Shown here piece by piece: positions 1 through 12,437 of a DNA stretch of 64,000 nt. Source of the DNA: Malacoraja senta (taxonomy: Eukaryota); assembly GCA_038087875.1 (NCBI GenBank), contig JAXLNO010000079.1, positions 310,001 to 374,000 on the forward strand, in the 5' to 3' direction. The notes under the pieces are model-generated. The model searched no databases. It was not told where the DNA came from and was given only the letters and a program-made list of their open reading frames with translations. How positions within the stretch are numbered: position 1 is the first letter of the stretch; each line of letters opens with the position of its first letter. A program made the position numbers and the translations under genes.

Positions 1-400
1 CCACAGCCCCACCTATCTTAGTATCATCTGCATACTTACTAATCCAATTTACCACACCATCATCCAGATCATTGATGTACATGACAAACAACAGTGGACC
101 CAACACAGATCCCTGTGGCACCCCACTAGTCACTGGCCTCCAACCTGACAAACAACCATCCACCATTACTCTCTGGCATCTCCCATTCAGCCACTGTTGA
201 ATCCATCTTGCTACTCCACCATTAATACCCAACCATTGAACCTTCTTAACCAACCTTCCATGAGGAACCTTGTCAAAGGCCTTACTGAAGTCCATATATA
301 CAACATCCACGGCTTTACCCTCATCAATTTCCCGAGTAACCTCTTCAAAAAATTCAAGAAGATTAGTCAAACATGACCTTCCAGGCACAAATCCATGTTG
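1..400 (-). mobile_element. CR1 LINE reverse-transcriptase fragment (runs off window start)
   Basis: Minus strand reads CR1 RT motifs (..[17 protein letters not shown].., ..[20 protein letters not shown].., YADD-region at the window edge). Confidence 0.8.
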
Positions 401-551
401 AGTTATCTCCTACATTCCAGAATCAAAGTGAACCGAACTTTGGTAATAAAGGTGCAGGCAGCACGTGTTTGCACAAACTCAAAGGTGATCTCCAAGCCTG
501 ATGTATCATGAAAGATGGGCCTTGCATTCAATGTCCAAAAGCCCAAGGTCT

Positions 552-886
552 ACCCCGCACCACTCTACCCTGTGCCACTCTCCCCAGCGCCACTCTCCCC
601 TGCGCCGCACATCTACCCAGCACCACTCTCCCCTTCGACCCCGCACCACTCTACCCCGTGCCACTCTACTCTTCTACCCCGCGCCACTCTCCCCGTGCCA
701 CTCTCCCCAGCGCCACTCTACCCGCGCCACTCTCCCCTGCGCCACCCATCTACCCAGCACCACTCTCCCCTCTACCCCGCGCTACTCTACCCCGCGCTAC
801 TCTACCCCACGCCACTCTAATCCGCGTCACTCTCCCCTGCGCCACTCTGCCCCGCGCCACCCTACTCTACGCCACTCTCCCCCGTG
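552..886. repeat. C-rich minisatellite, ~15-bp unit (GCCACTCTMCCCCGC-like)
   Basis: Tandem degenerate copies of gccactct(c/a)cccc(g/t)c; explains the low-complexity ORFs at 501-1062. Confidence 0.85.
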
Positions 887-1410
887 ATGTTGTATATATG
901 GACTTCAGTAAGGCCTTTGACAAGGTTCCTCACGGAAGGTTGGTTCCTCACGGAAGATTGGGTAAGAAGGTTCAATGGTTGTGCAGGTCTAGTTTCACAA
1001 CTAGACCTGCACAATGTGAACCACTTTACATATCTCGGGATCATCCTCCTCGAAAAGTCTGACATCGGGGTTAAATTCACCATGGCCTTTATTCCCCAAG
1101 CACAGCTGTGGGTAGATTGGGGAAAAGTCTACATGGAGTTATAACTTACTGCTTAATGAACAGTCCTGGGTAATCGTGTGCCGATACTGTAATCAGAACA
1201 TGTTTGTGTACAAACCAATTAAAAAACACTTTCTTACCTGTTTGTGTATTTGCCAAATTGCTAACGTTCCTTTTCTTCTCAAACATTGAGAGTGTGTTGT
1301 CGCCACGAACCAGGACACAACACGGCCACAGTCTCCTGTGGTGCAACTATCCACATCAGTGCACACATGGCGAACCATTAATGATCTTTACATGCATATC
1401 GGGCCACTAA

Positions 1411-2036
1411 AGCCCCTGTCCCGCTTAGGCGATTTTTTCGGCGACTTCAGGCGACTAGGTTGTTGCCACATGGTCGCGGGGTGATGCCTGTATGGTCGTG
1501 AGTTCTCTCCTCAAGTTGCCTAAAGAGTCGTAACGTTTTTCTGGTCGCCGCTGGATTTTGAAATGTTCAAAACTTTTCAGCTACTGTGGGCTTGACGTAG
1601 CTTGTCTTCTCCTGTCGTAGGTGCTGTCGTAGGTTGTCGCCAGGTGACGTTGGTTGTCATCGTTGCTGACTTCGGTGAATTGCATTGGCGACTACCTACG
1701 TCAACCTACTTCAACCGGCGACAGGTACCGGTGACTGAATTGTTTTCAGTTGTTGCCGACAGGGTCGTAGCTTGTCGCGGGTGGACGTAGGTTGACTTTG
1801 GTTGTCGCCTGTGTGGTTGTAGGTTGTCGCCTGTGTGGTCATAGGTTGTTGTAGGTGTGGTCGTAGATGGATGTCCTAATGGGTCGCCGGTTGTCGGTAG
1901 CTTGACGTTGACTAGGTGGTAGGTTGTTGTAGTTTGTCATAGACATTGCCGTAGGAGAGGTCCAGTCGCCGCTTTTTTCGGCGAACCTGCTACGACTGAC
2001 AGTTGCCGAAAAAATTGCCTAAGTGGGACAGTCCCT
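1411..2036. mobile_element. Non-autonomous PIF/Harbinger-type MITE
   Basis: ~36-bp imperfect TIRs (AGCCCCTGTCCCGCTTAGGCGATTTTTTCGGCGACT / revcomp AGGGACTGTCCCACTTAGGCAATTTTTTCGGCAACT), TAA on both flanks (1408-1410, 2037-2039), internal GTCGTAGGTTGTCGCC-type repeats, no transposase. Confidence 0.75.
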
Positions 2037-3717
2037 TAACCCTCTTTGCAGCCGGCATTTAAGTAAACCTGCTACAGTGTGGAAATGGAAAATGGTGACA
2101 ACTGCCCATTAGAACCGTGAGCTGCAAGATCAGGATAAAGTTTATTTTGGTTATTTCTGTTTTGGTTATGAGGTCAGATCGCCTGTCTCATTTCACTTTA
2201 TTCTTCCATTTGGGAAGCTGCTCCCAAAAATGATCAGAAGCCTGATTAATAATGGGTAAATATTCGGTACTTCATGCAGGTGTACATCCAGTTTTAGACA
2301 TCCATAATACATTTGGTACTCATCTCAGTTTTCTGATTAATTGTGCTTCCTTAATATCAACAACTCAAGATGTCATTTTCCCAACACCTCTAATGTTAAA
2401 TTCTCATTTTTGTTCTGATTTATTAATGAATCCAATCACTAGTTCTGCAATCTGCTCTGGTTTACTGACACTCGCTGAACAAATTTTCCATTACTCAACT
2501 CCTAATTCTTAACACCCTGTCACCCCATCCGTCGCCTGCTTTCACTCGGCAATTGCTGGCTCTATTTCCAGGTGTGGTCCCACTCTGCTGCCTTCTCTCC
2601 AGAAATTAGAAAAAGTACTACTCAGGGAGCCTGAGTGTACCACTCAATGACCAGCCTCCCCTTACACTACCAGGTCAGCTGCTCACAGCTGCTCACTATC
2701 ACACCCGGATACTTTATAAATGTGGTGGAGGTTTCTACTTCAATGCCCAATCAGGTAATGAGTTCCCGTTCCCCCACTGATGGAAACTTTCCCCCTCATC
2801 CTTTCACCATTTACTTACAGCCTGCGCCCCATGGTTTTGACCCTTCTGCCAACGTTAATTGTTCCTTCGTGTTTACTTTCTCTAAGCCCTCAATTAACTG
2901 CCTTTGTTTTTCTTTTCCAAAAGAAATAAGTGCATCTTATGCAGCTTTGCATATAAATAAAATGTTCCAATCTTGGCAATATCATCTCAAATCTCTTCTG
3001 CACCCTGTCCACTTCTTCCTTGGGCTTTTGTACAACTTATTGAAACTTGTAGAGCAAAACTGGTCACTTAATATTTTGCAAATATACATTATATGAGCCA
3101 ATAACTTCCACTCTTTATAGTGCTTCCACGAGGAGCCCTGAGATACTTTATATATTATTTATATATTAAAATACATTATTTATATATTAAGGGTTCTATA
3201 TATTGGTAAATTGTAGTGGCGGGCAGACTTTGAAGCAATCATTCATTGAAATGCTGTAACTGAATTGTTATTAAAATGTCTGGATGCTGAGTTTTTTGTT
3301 GGCTTTCTTCAGGATATACTAAATGTGCATTCTCTGTCTAGTTGATAAACAACTGTCCTCTTGGTCTCTCCTCATACTGTTCACTTCTATGAAAGCATTA
3401 CATTACACAGCATTATACCATTACATTTTCTTTGCTATATCTGGCATCTCTATTGGATTTATTTTTTATGGTGATTTGACTTAGCTGGGATTACTTCAGC
3501 ACAGAGCATTCAGAAAGAAAACCATATGAACTACTTGTAACACAACTGTCATTGCTCTGGTGTAGAACTGAACCTTGCTGGGGAATAAATTTGTTCATAT
3601 TTACTTTTTAAAAATTGGTACCTCTGGCGCACTATATATAACGTGGTGAAGTCTACTACATAAATGTGTGACTAAACTATAAGCTATTGAGTTTGGTGAC
3701 AATACATAAGTTAGGCT

Positions 3718-4770
3718 CAGCACTTCAACTCCCCCTCCCATTCTGAATCCGACTTTTCTGTCCTGGGCCTCCTCCATGGCCAGAGTGAGGACCACCGTAA
3801 ATTGGAGGAGCAGCACCTCATATTTCGCTTGGGCAGTTTACGACATCGCAGGGGCAGAAAACCCGGGGGCGGGGGGGGCAGAGGGAGAGGGGACACGTCC
3901 CCTCCATGTTTTGAGAGGTGGGGGACATCCCCCCCAAGTTTTTGTGATCCGGATTTTAAAATCTCCGCTTTCTGCGAGACAGTGGGGGTGGGACTGATGA
4001 TCGGGAGCGCTGATTGGACGACAGAGACGTCGGTCAGCAGGCAATGGGGGCGGGACATGATTCAGTGCGATGATTGGAGGAGGGAGACGTGGTATAGACC
4101 TGCGCTTCATCCGCAGCCAGGATCGATCCCGGCCGGGTCTCCGGCGCTGTCCTGTCCCCTCCCGAGTACCTCCCCCCCCCCCCCCCACGGGTGGCCAGAG
4201 AGGTCGGGAGCAAAGATCCTCTGCTATAGGATCTTTGGTCGGCAGTCAGACGGGCCAGCGCAGAGAAGCAGCGCTAAACCCAGCTAACTCTGCCTGTCCC
4301 GCCAAGTGAGCTTACAACCCTTCCTGGACTTGCGGGAAATATGGCCAGCGCGGAGAAGCAGCGCTGGTATCCCGTCAGTCCAGGCAGGGCTGTAGTTAAC
4401 CCGGTGAGACAGGCAGTTGAGCTGCATTTAGCGCTGGATTGAGCCTCCGAAGCCTCGTGCGCACGTGTGTGTGTGAGTGCGCGCATGCGCGCGTGGCCGG
4501 CAAAACATTGTATCCCGTCCCCTCCATGTTTTGATAGCGAGTTCCGCTCTTGACGACATGAACATTGACTTCTCTAATTTCAGGTAGTCCCTACTTTCTC
4601 CTCCCCTTCTCAGCTATCCCTCAGCCCACTGCCTCCGCCTCTTCCTTTCTTGTTCCCGCCCCCCCACCCTCATATCAGTCTGAAGAAAGGTCTTGACCCG
4701 AAACGTTGCCTATTTCCTTCGCTCCATAGATGCTGCCTCAGCCGCTGAGTTTCTCCAGCATTTTTGTCTA
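3718..4770 (+). mobile_element. Penelope-like element 3' fragment (GIY-YIG C-terminus plus pLTR), split by a hAT-like insertion
   Basis: ..QHFNSPSH..EEQHLIFRLGSL at 3718-3840 resumes as ATGAACATTGACTTCTCT at ~4558 and ends with the CTGAAGA..GAAAC pLTR motif. Confidence 0.7.
3849..4552. mobile_element. Non-autonomous hAT-like DNA transposon
   Basis: Termini CAGGGGCAGAA.. / ..TTCCGCTCTTG; imperfect 8-bp TSD ACGACAT(C)G at 3840-3848 and 4553-4560; subterminal direct repeat CGTCCCCTCCATGTTTTGA near both ends. Confidence 0.55.
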
Positions 4771-5798
4771 CATACATTAAGTTATTTTTGTTTATAAAGA
4801 TTAAAATGTACAATTAAAAGTGATGGCTATATAGAAACATAGAAAATAGGTGCAGGAGGAGGCCATTCGGCCCTTCGAGCCAGCACCGCCATTCATTGTG
4901 ATCATGGCTGATCGTGCCCAATCAATAACCCGTGCCTGCCTTCTCCCCATATCCCTTGATTCCACTAGCCCCTAGAGCTCTATCTAACTCTCTCTTAAGT
5001 CCATCCAGTGATTTGGCCTCCACTGCCCTCTGTGGCAGGGTATTCCATAAATCCACAACTCTGGGTGAAAAAGTTTTTTCTCACCTCAGTCTTAAATGGC
5101 CTCCTCTTTAATCTAAGACTGTGGCCCCTGGTTCTGGACTCGCCCAACATTGGGAACATTTTTCCTGCATCTAGCTTGTCCAGTCCTTTTATAATTTTAT
5201 ATGTTTCTATAAGATCCCCCTCATCCTTCTAAACTCCAGTGATTACAAGCCTAGTCTTTTCAATCTTTCCTTATATGACAGTCCCACCATCCCAGGGATC
5301 AATCTTGTGAACCTACGCTGCACTGCCTCAATCACAAGGATGTCCTTCCTCAAATTAGGAGACCAAAACTGTACACAATACTCCAGATGTGGTCTCACCA
5401 GAGCCCTATACAACTGCAGAAGAACCTCTTTACTCCTATACTGAAATCCTCTTGTTATGAAGGCCAACATTCCATTAGCTTTCTTCACTGCCTGCTGTAC
5501 CTGCACTCCAACTTTCAGTGACCGGTGTACAAGGACACCCAGGTCTCGATGGACCTCCCCCTAACCTAACCCCATTGAGATAATAATCTGCCCCCTTGTT
5601 TTTGCCACCAAAGTGGATAACCTCACATTTATCTATATTATACTGCATCTGCCACGCATCTGCCCACTCAGTCAACCTGTCCAGGTCACCTTACAACCTC
5701 CTAACATCCTCTTCACCGTTCACACTGCCACCCAGCTTTGTGTCATCCGCAAACTTGCTAGTGTTGCTCCTAATTCCCTCTTCCAAATCATTAATATA

Positions 5799-7414
5799 CA
5801 GTGGCTTGCAAAAGTATTCATACCCCTTGAACTTTTCCACATTTTGTCACGTTACAACCACAAACGTAAATATATTTTATTGGGATTTTATGTGATAGAC
5901 CAACACAAAGTGGCGCATAATTGTGAAGTGGAAGGAAAATGATACATGGTTTTCAAATTTTTTTACAAATAAAAAACTGAAAAGTGTGGCGTGCAAAAGT
6001 ATTCAGCCCCCTTTACTCTGATACCCCTAAATAAAATCCAGTGCAACCAATTGCCTTCAGAAGTCACCTAATTAGTAAATAGAGTCCACTTGTGTGTAAT
6101 CTAATCTCAGTATAAATATAGCTGTTCTGTGAAGGCCTCAGAGGTTTGTTAGAGAACATTAGTGAACAAACAGCATCATGAAGCCCAAGGAACACACCAG
6201 ACAGGTCAGGGATAAAGCTGTGGAGAAGTTTAAAGCATGGTTAGGTTATAAAAAAATATCCCAAGCTTTGAACATCTCACGGAGCACTGTGCAATCCATC
6301 ATCCGAAAATGGAAAGAGTATGGCACAACTGCAAACCTACCAAGACATGGCCGTCCACCTAAACTGACAGGCCGGGCAAGGAGAGCATTGATCAGAGAAG
6401 CAGCCAAGAGGCCCATGGTAACTCTGGAGGAGCTGCAGAGATCCACAGCTCAGGTGGGAGAATCTGTCCACAGGACAACTATTAGTCGTGCACTCCACAA
6501 ATCGGGCCTTTATGGGAGAGTGGCAAGAAGAAAGCCATTGTTGAAAAAAAGCCATAAGAAGTCCCGTTTGCAGTTTGCCACAAGCCATGTGGGGGACACA
6601 GCAAACATGTGGAGGAAGGTGCTCTGGTCAGATGACACCAAAATTGCAGTTTTTGGACTAAATGCAAAACGCTATGTGTGGCGGAAACCTAACACTGCAC
6701 ATCACCCTGAACACACCATCCCCACTGTGAAACACGGTGGTGGCAGCATCATGCTGTGGGGATGCTTTTCTTCAGCAGGGACAGGGAAGCTGGTCAGAGT
6801 TGATGGGAAGATGGATGGAGCCAAATACAGGGCAATCTTGGAAGAAAACCTGTTAGAGTCTGCAAAAGACTTGAGACAGGGGCGGAGGTTCACCTTCCAG
6901 CAGGACAATGACCCAAAACATACAGCCAGAGCTACAATGGAATGGTTTAGATCAAAGCATATTCATGTGTTAGAATGGCCCAGTCAAAGTCCAGACCTAA
7001 ATCCAATTGAGAATCTCTGGCAAGACTTGAAAATTGCTGTTCACAGATGCTCTCCATTCAATCTGACTGAGCTTGAGTTATTTTGCAAAGAAGAATGGGC
7101 AAAAATTTCAGTCTCTAGTTGTGCAAAGCTGGTAGAGACATACCCCAAAAGACTTGCAGCTGTAATTGCAGCGAAAGGTGGTTCTACAAAGTATTGACTC
7201 AGGGGGGCTGAATACTTTTGCACGCCACATTTTTTGTTTTTTATTTGTAAAAAAATTTGAAAACCATGTATCATTTTCCTTCCACTTCACAATTATGCAC
7301 CATTTTGTGTTGGTCTATCACATAAAATCCCAATAAAATACATTTACGTTTGTGGTTGTAACGTGACAAAATGTGGAAAAGTTCAAGGGGTATGAATACT
7401 TTTGCAAGCCACTG
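5799..7414 (+). mobile_element. Full-length Tc1 (IR/DR, DD34E) transposon, Passport-like
   Basis: ~212-bp TIRs beginning CAGTGGCTTGCAAAAGTATTCA (5799-6011, ~7203-7414); TA TSD at 5797-5798 and 7415-7416; removing it restores CR1 RT 'LFTIYINDL'. Confidence 0.95.
6178..7197 (+). CDS. Tc1 transposase, 339 aa, uninterrupted
   Basis: Paired-like HTH N-terminus, GRPPK linker, WSD..QQDND..NPIE triad with 34 residues between the second D and E. Confidence 0.93.
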   Translation: MKPKEHTRQVRDKAVEKFKAWLGYKKISQALNISRSTVQSIIRKWKEYGTTANLPRHGRPPKLTGRARRALIREAAKRPMVTLEELQRSTAQVGESVHRTTISRALHKSGLYGRVARRKPLLKKSHKKSRLQFATSHVGDTANMWRKVLWSDDTKIAVFGLNAKRYVWRKPNTAHHPEHTIPTVKHGGGSIMLWGCFSSAGTGKLVRVDGKMDGAKYRAILEENLLESAKDLRQGRRFTFQQDNDPKHTARATMEWFRSKHIHVLEWPSQSPDLNPIENLWQDLKIAVHRCSPFNLTELELFCKEEWAKISVSSCAKLVETYPKRLAAVIAAKGGSTKY

Positions 7415-8053
7415 TATATGGTAAACAGTTGCGGCCCCAACACCGAGCCTTGCGGCACTCCACTCGCCACTGCCTGCCATTCTGAAAAGGACCCGTTCAC
7501 TCCTACTCTTTGCTTCCTGTCTGCCAACCAATTTTCTATCCATGTCAACACCCTACCCCTAATACCATGTGCTCTAATTTTAGTCACCAGTCTCCTGTGC
7601 GGGACCTTATCAAAGGCTTTCTGAAAGTCTAGATACACTACATCCACTGGCTCCCCTTCATCCATTTTACTTGTCACATCCTCAAAAAATTCCAGAAGAT
7701 TAGTCAAGCATGATTTTCCTTTCATAAATCCATGCTGACTTGGACTAATCCTTTTACTGCTATCCAAATGCCCCATTATTACCTCTTTAATAATTGATTC
7801 CAGCATCTTTCCCACCACCGGTCAAGCTAACTGGTCTGTAATTCCCCGTTTTCTCTCTCGCTCCTTTCTTGAAAAGTGGGATAACATTAGGTATCCTCCA
7901 ATCCACAGGAACTGATCCTGAATCTATTGAACATTGGAAAACGATCACCAATGCATCCACTATTTCTAGAGGCACCTCCCTGAGTACCCTGGGATGCAGA
8001 CCATCAGGCCCAGGCGATTTATCATCCTTCAGTCCCATTAGCCTCCCCAATAC

Positions 8054-8426
8054 GGAGGCCTCATTGGGCCTGACTTTGGGTGAACTGGGGTTGGGGACTG
8101 GACATTGTGCCTTCCCCCACAGTGGTGGTCATTGTGGGGGGATGATTTTTGTGTGCTGTGTCTGTTGGTCTTTGTTCAAGATGGCGGTCGGAGGGGAGAG
8201 TGGACGCTGGCGCGGTTTGGCTGCCGCTGCTCTCTCCTCAAATTGTGTTTCTGATTTTCTTTTTGTGCTTTTGTAATTGAATTCTGTCGTTGATTTGTGT
8301 ATTGTGGTGTTTTTATATTTAATTTATTCCGACTATGTGTTTTGTATTTTTGTGATTTTATGTCTTGTAAGGTGTCCTTGGGTGTTAGAAAGGCGCCAGT
8401 AAATAAAATGAATTATTATTATTATT
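8054..8426 (+). mobile_element. L2-type LINE/SINE 3' end inserted in CR1
   Basis: Ends GTGTCCTTGGGTGTTAGAAAGGCGCC..AAATAAAATG(AAT/ATT)n; short ATAC duplication (8050-8053, 8427-8430); CR1 sequence rejoins across it. Confidence 0.6.
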
Positions 8427-9894
8427 ATACTATCTCTCGCCTAATGAAAATGTCTTTCAGTTCCTCGATCCCCTTAGATCCTCTGTCTTCCAGTACTTCT
8501 GGGAGATTGTGTCTTCCTTCGTGAAGACAGATCCGAAGTACTTATTCAACTTCTGCCATTTCCTTGTTCCCCATAATAATTTCGCCCGTGTCTGCCTTCA
8601 AAGGACCCAACTTTGACTTTGCTATTCTTTTTCCCTTAACATATCTAAAGAAGCTTTTACTGACCTTCTTTATATTCCTGGCCAGCTTCCCTTCGTACTT
8701 CATCTTTTCAGCCCGTATTGCCCGTTTTGTTTCCTTCTGTTGTCCTATGAAAGTTTCCCAATCCTCTGGCTTCCGGCTACTCTTTGCTGTGTTATACATC
8801 TTTTCTTTTAGTTTTATTCTATCCCTAACTTCTCTTGTCAGCCACGGTTGCCTCCTCCTCCCCTTAGAATCTTTCTTCCTTTTTGGAATGAAATTATCCT
8901 GTGTCTTCCGGATTATGCCCAGAAATTCCTGCCATTGCTGTTCCACCGTCATTCCTGCCAGTATCCCTTTGCAGTCTACCTTGGCCAGCTCCTCTCTCAT
9001 GCCTTCCTAATCCCCTTTGTTCAACTACATCACTGCCACTTCCGATTTAACCTTCTCCTTCTCAAATTGCAGATTAAAACTAATCATATTATGATCACTA
9101 CCTCCTTTACCTCGAGTTCTCTTATCAAATCTGGTTCATTGGACAACACTAAATCCAGAATTGCCTTTTCTATGGTCGGTTCCATTACAAGCTGCTCTAA
9201 GAATCCATCTCGGAGGCACTCCACAAACTCTCTTTCTTGGGGTCCTGAACCAACCTGATTTTCCCAGTCTACCTGCATATTGAAATCCCCCATCACCACA
9301 GTGGCATTACCTTTGTTACATGCCAGTTTTAACTCCTGCTGCAACATCCGGGCTACTATTTGGGGGTCTGTAGATAACACCAATTAGTGTCTTCTTGCCT
9401 CTGTAATTCCTCAACTCAATCCACAGTGACTCTACCTCCTCAGTCCCTATGTCTTCCCTTGCAAGGGACTGAATTCCATCCCTCACCAGCAGAGCTACCC
9501 CCCCTCCTCTGCCCCTCTGCCTGTCCTTTCTATAGGATGTATAACCCTGAATATTAAGTTCCCAGGCCCGATCCTCCTGCAGCCACGTCTCGGTAATCCC
9601 TACAATGTCATATCTACCAACCTCTAACTGAGCCTCAAGCTCATCTACTTTACTTCTTATACTTCGCGCATTCAAATACAATGCTTTTAATTCCTTACGC
9701 ATCTCACCTTTCATATCGATCCCTATTACACTTGGCCATACTCTCCTATCCCTTTGTGAGCTTTCCTTCCCATTAATTCTGGGGTCATTAACTATCCCTT
9801 TACTCCCTTTCCCTTTAACTTCGTCCTTGACTATCCCATTTGACACCACCCCCCCCCCCCTTATTTAGTTTAAAACCATCTGTCGCAGTGGCAA

Positions 9895-9990
9895 GGTACA
9901 CAAAAATGCTGGAGAAACTCAGCGGGTGCAGCAGCATCTATGGAGCGAAGGAAATAGGTAACGTTTCGGGCCGAAACCCTTCTTCAGACG
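9895..9990 (-). mobile_element. Penelope pLTR-derived short insertion with hammerhead-like core
   Basis: 13-bp TSD GTCGCAGTGGCAA at 9882-9894 and 9991-10003; minus strand CTGAAGA-AGGGTTTCGGCCC-GAAACGTT. Confidence 0.8.
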
Positions 9991-10965
9991 GTCGCAGTGG
10001 CAAACCTGCCTGCCAGAATGACGGTCCCCCACCTGTTAAGGTGCAATCCGTCCCTTTTGTACAGTTCCCCCTTACTCCAAAACAGATCCCAGTGGTCTAA
10101 GAATCTAAATCCCTGCCCCCTGCACCAGTTCCTCAGCCACACATTCAGGTCCTGTATCTCCCTGTTCTTGCTCTCACCAGCACGAGGAACTGGAAGCAAA
10201 CCAGAGATAACCACCCTGGCGGTCCTGCTTTTCAGCACTTTTCCAAGCTCTCTAAAGTCACGCTTCAGAATATTCATTCATTCAAATTAAAATAATGATT
10301 TTAATTTTCCTAATATTCAAAGTACCTGCATAGCCTTTCCTTTACAACACTTCCCACGGTGGGTTTATGCATCTTTGTAGAGCCTGTTTCTAGTTAATGA
10401 TGACTTGCAGATTATACAGTAACTTGTATCGTGGCACTGGGGGCTGTTTATGCTTGAAAGGAATTCAAATTAATAGATAATTCAAATGAAGTGACTTTGA
10501 ATTAAAGGAATAAACTATTTGCTGTACATTTGAAATGTCAATCAATTACCATTCTCTGCCAGTAATGTGGAATGAATAATTTTCTTGCAAAACAGAAGGC
10601 TGATAAAAAGAGTTTTTGATTTTGTATGTCGATATGAAACTTACCCCTTGTATTTCCCACCTTGTATCTGCAACTGGGGGAGGGGGAGCAATGTGTCTCC
10701 AGGTAAGTATTGATATGTTTGAGAAGCAGAACAGAACAAGGTGCTGTTGATTGTTCCTCTGTTGCTGTGGGACTGTTAACATGGTGGGGGATGGATGGAG
10801 AGGATAGGTTAAGATACAACATTTCATAGAGCAAATAGTTTTTGCTCAGGTTGATATAATTCTGCTGCCCCTTTTACAATGCATAGCTAATTTGTACAAC
10901 ACATTATAATAGGTGCTCTTAAGCTTATTTGTTAGTTTTTAAATGATTATTTTTTCTCTTCTCAG

Positions 10966-11158
10966 GCCAACGTTTCGTTACTTCACCTGGCACACTTGTG
11001 TGCTGGGCATTATTGGTTGTGCAATTATGATGTTCCTGATCAGCCCCATCAATGCTTCATGCAGCATTGCATTCATGCTGATACTGCTGCTGGTACTACA
11101 CTATGTCTCACCCTCTAGCAGCTGGGGTTACATCAGTCAAGCTCTAATCTTCCATCAG
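10966..11158 (+). CDS. SLC12A9: SLC12A9-like coding exon (last TM helices; RPTF..SWGYISQALIFHQ)
   Basis: Acceptor ttttctcttctcAG ends 10965, donor GT at 11159; peptide matches the SLC12A9/CIP1 TM11-12 region; upstream exons lie outside the window. Confidence 0.88.
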
Positions 11159-12171
11159 GTACAGTTAAAGATAAAGACATCTTCTGAAATGGTGATGTGC
11201 ATTCTGAGCATCTGGGGAGTAGATTCATATACAAATCATCCAATGTACAACTGTATCTGTGATGAAATCGACTTTAAACCAAGTTAGCTGAAATCTATTG
11301 AACCTGAAACTTTTTATCGCTAAAGTCACTTTTTGATGTAAAAATGTGGGCAGATTTGCTGCAGTAAGCTCCGACATATTGCAGGTGGTAGGAGTCTGAA
11401 ACAAAAGCACTGTGTAAACAGGCAGCAAGTCGGTCCATACTGGTTGAGAAACCTTTCAGAGGAGATTTAATCATTGGTATGTTGATAGATTGTCATTGAC
11501 CTGTGTATTGTAGAAGGGACATGTTGGTCGGCGTGGGAAAGTTAGGCCGAAGGGCCCCACTCTATCACCTGGAATGGTAGTGCAAAAATAAACTGAATTT
11601 TTGAAAGTTTTGCAAGATTTCACTAGACATGAATCCTGAGAATATATTTGCAGATGTACAGCAAGAAGATTTTCTGTTGAAGTGAAAATAATATAAGCAA
11701 GTGTTCAGTTCCTGATAAGAGTTGGATCTCATTGTTTGCTCATTTGGGGAAATAAGTCCGTTTTGTTTTACAGTAATAACTATTTCAGGCTTCTGTCTCC
11801 AACCTAGATGTCAGATTAATAGTAACATTCAGAGGCTTAGACAAAGTTAATGTTGTTTCATACATGCTTATTATTGATCTAACAATCCTCTTCTATAGAT
11901 CATTGGCAGTGACCATGTTGATTCTCACCAAATAAATGCAAATCTCAGTGAGATCCTGTTATGTCAAGGTCACTGAGGAAATGGCATCTAAATGCAAAGT
12001 ATAAAGTTGAGAACTTCTTCATAATTGAATGAAGAAATGCCTTGTGATCATTTTGATTTGCATTTCACTCATATTTTGCAGTTTCCTCACTGGTAAATCA
12101 ATTCATGCTATAATTTGTGCAGTAAAATTCTGTGTATAATTCTGAATTCTGTAACGTGTTTGAATTTTTAG

Positions 12172-12346
12172 GTTAGAAAGTATCTTCTCATGCTAGATGT
12201 CCGTAAGGATCATGTCAAGTTCTGGCGTCCACAAGTTCTGCTCATGGTTGCCAATCCTAGGACAAGCACTCAACTCATTTGTTTCGCAAATGACCTGAAA
12301 AAAAGTGGATTGTATGTGCTTGGCCACGTCCAGACTGGAGACCTGG
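12172..12346 (+). CDS. SLC12A9: SLC12A9-like coding exon ([29 protein letters not shown]), absent from the ORF track
   Basis: AG ends 12171, GT at 12347; 175 bp, phase 0 in and phase 1 out, compatible with both neighbours; HVKFWRPQ is the SLC12 C-terminal domain hallmark. Confidence 0.9.
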
Positions 12347-12360
12347 GTAGGCAATGTTTC

Positions 12361-12437
12361 AATGTTTGAAGAAGGGTTTCCTTCTCTCCACAGATGCCGC
12401 TTAACCCGCTGAATTACTCCAGCATTTTGTGTCTACC
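12361..12437 (+). mobile_element. Short Penelope-derived insertion beside the splice donor
   Basis: 13-bp TSD TAGGCAA(T/A)GTTTC at 12348-12360 and 12438-12450; body matches the pLTR repeat. Confidence 0.7.

Larger units (their letters stand above)
4831..10277 (-). mobile_element. CR1 LINE, 5'-truncated within ORF1, disrupted; hosts three nested insertions
   Basis: ORF1 esterase end (DGLHL, 9984-10277), APE endonuclease (NARS, GITETW, MGDFN), RT motifs, 3' tail (TTTCTATG)n at ~4831. Confidence 0.9.

Noticed and set aside
501..1062. Pro/Thr/His-rich ORFs
   Set aside because: Translations of a 15-bp minisatellite fused to a CR1 fragment
10640..10708. Strong donor-like CAG|GTAAGT at ~10703 as a possible extra SLC12A9 exon
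   Set aside because: No SLC12A9-like peptide (expected ..WASAPNF) and no convincing acceptor upstream
10943..11287. Stand-alone small membrane-protein ORF (likewise 20678-20866 and the start of 20964-21833)
   Set aside because: These are SLC12A9 exons with intronic extensions; splice sites and phases join them into one frame
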